This document shows positions 63,221 through 64,000 of a DNA stretch of 64,000 nt, one piece after another (position 1 is the first letter of the stretch; each line of letters opens with the position of its first letter). The stretch lies in the IMG/VR virus record IMGVR_UViG_3300009082_000959. One strand, 5' to 3'. Made by a program: the position numbers and the translations under genes. This DNA is from a virus (Duplodnaviria > Caudoviricetes). Under the pieces are notes generated by a model, which was not told the DNA's origin, ran no database searches, and saw nothing but the letters and a program-made list of their open reading frames with translations.

Positions 63221-63558
63221 CAGACGCTTTTATACAAGAACTATTAAATAAAAAACGTCTTGGCAAAGAGAAACTAAAATTAGTGTTAAATGAACTTTTC
63301 AAAAGAGGAAATTTGGACCAAGAGGACATAAAATACAATGAGTCAAAATTTCCCTTCACCAATAAAGAGTTTGCCGCTGCGTTTGAGCACTTGGTCGATG
63401 GCAAGAAACCATCGAACGCGACGAACGACAACGAAGTGTGGATTTTTGACCACAGGGGCCATATTTTTACGGCAGAAATAATCATGGGCCAAGGGTCATC
63501 ATATATTTTATCAATGGGTTCTCGTTACTCAAAGTTGCCAGTGATAAAATTAAAATGA
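63205..63558 (+). CDS. hypothetical protein
   Basis: 117 aa. Confidence 0.55.
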   Translation: MDKNLADAFIQELLNKKRLGKEKLKLVLNELFKRGNLDQEDIKYNESKFPFTNKEFAAAFEHLVDGKKPSNATNDNEVWIFDHRGHIFTAEIIMGQGSSYILSMGSRYSKLPVIKLK

Positions 63559-64000
63559 GTCCATCGATTTATAGATTATACGTGGATATATTTAAGCACA
63601 AAATAAAGGCAAAGTGGAAGACCCGTAAGGGTGAAAATTATTTTATGATTTATTCGAGCCAGGAAAATGGAATAAACCACTTTTATTTGTTGGTTGAAAC
63701 TAAAAATGGATAAGTCAGTTTATAGATTATATATAGATATTTTTAAAAACAATATTAAGGCCGACTGGACTGTTACCTATATGATTGATTATGTGTGGGT
63801 TGTTGCGGAAGAAGACAATTATGGGTTTCGTAGTTACTTTTACATATTACAGGAAATAAAATAATGGATTATTCTGTTCGTGAAATGTATATAAATATTT
63901 TAAAATCAAGATCAAAAATATACGATTATCATGTTTATTTTGATAATTCTGTCCGAATTTCTGTTATAGGTAATAATTTTAAAAGATATCACGTTATACT
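63555..64000 (+). other. mini-gene array E: 3 ORFs, last one runs off the window
   Basis: Starts 63555, 63706, 63864; MSPSIYRLYVDIFKHKI, MDKSVYRLYIDIFKNNI, MDYSVREMYINILKSRSKI. Confidence 0.8.

Overview
A 64-kb segment of a large, AT-rich lytic (jumbo-type) phage genome, standard genetic code. Almost every real gene is on the + strand; the exception is a free-standing LAGLIDADG endonuclease at 30387-31238. Recognisable genes: tRNA-Thr(UGU); translation and folding genes (IF-1, bS21, peptide deformylase with SEC-C, GroEL); DNA/RNA metabolism (ATP-dependent DNA ligase, RNA ligase, PIF1-like helicase, DEDDh exonuclease, 5'(3')-deoxyribonucleotidase, DenV-like glycosylase, deaminase); nucleotide hydrolases (HD/SpoT-like, DHH, Nudix, calcineurin-like); a MoxR AAA+/VWA-metallopeptidase pair; five putative homing endonucleases; and a TnpB-only IS200/IS605-type element. 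The notable part is mostly below the ORF track's 60-aa cutoff. (1) About 60-65 copies of a 40-65 aa mini-gene family lie in head-to-tail, overlapping arrays (37.3-40.6 kb, 54.9-60.8 kb, 62-64 kb), sharing an N-terminal MQxxMxx(L/I)YIxx(F/L)K(Y/H)NxKI motif and a hypervariable C-terminus. (2) About 15 MORN-repeat genes share a conserved, mosaic leader. (3) Five ~300-aa helical paralogs share a C-terminal signature. (4) Two solitary type I-C CRISPR-repeat-like hairpins (33662-33696, 57965-57998) are candidate RNA anti-CRISPRs. All calls come from reading motifs by eye; no database searches or computed alignments were run, and functions of the expanded families are unknown.
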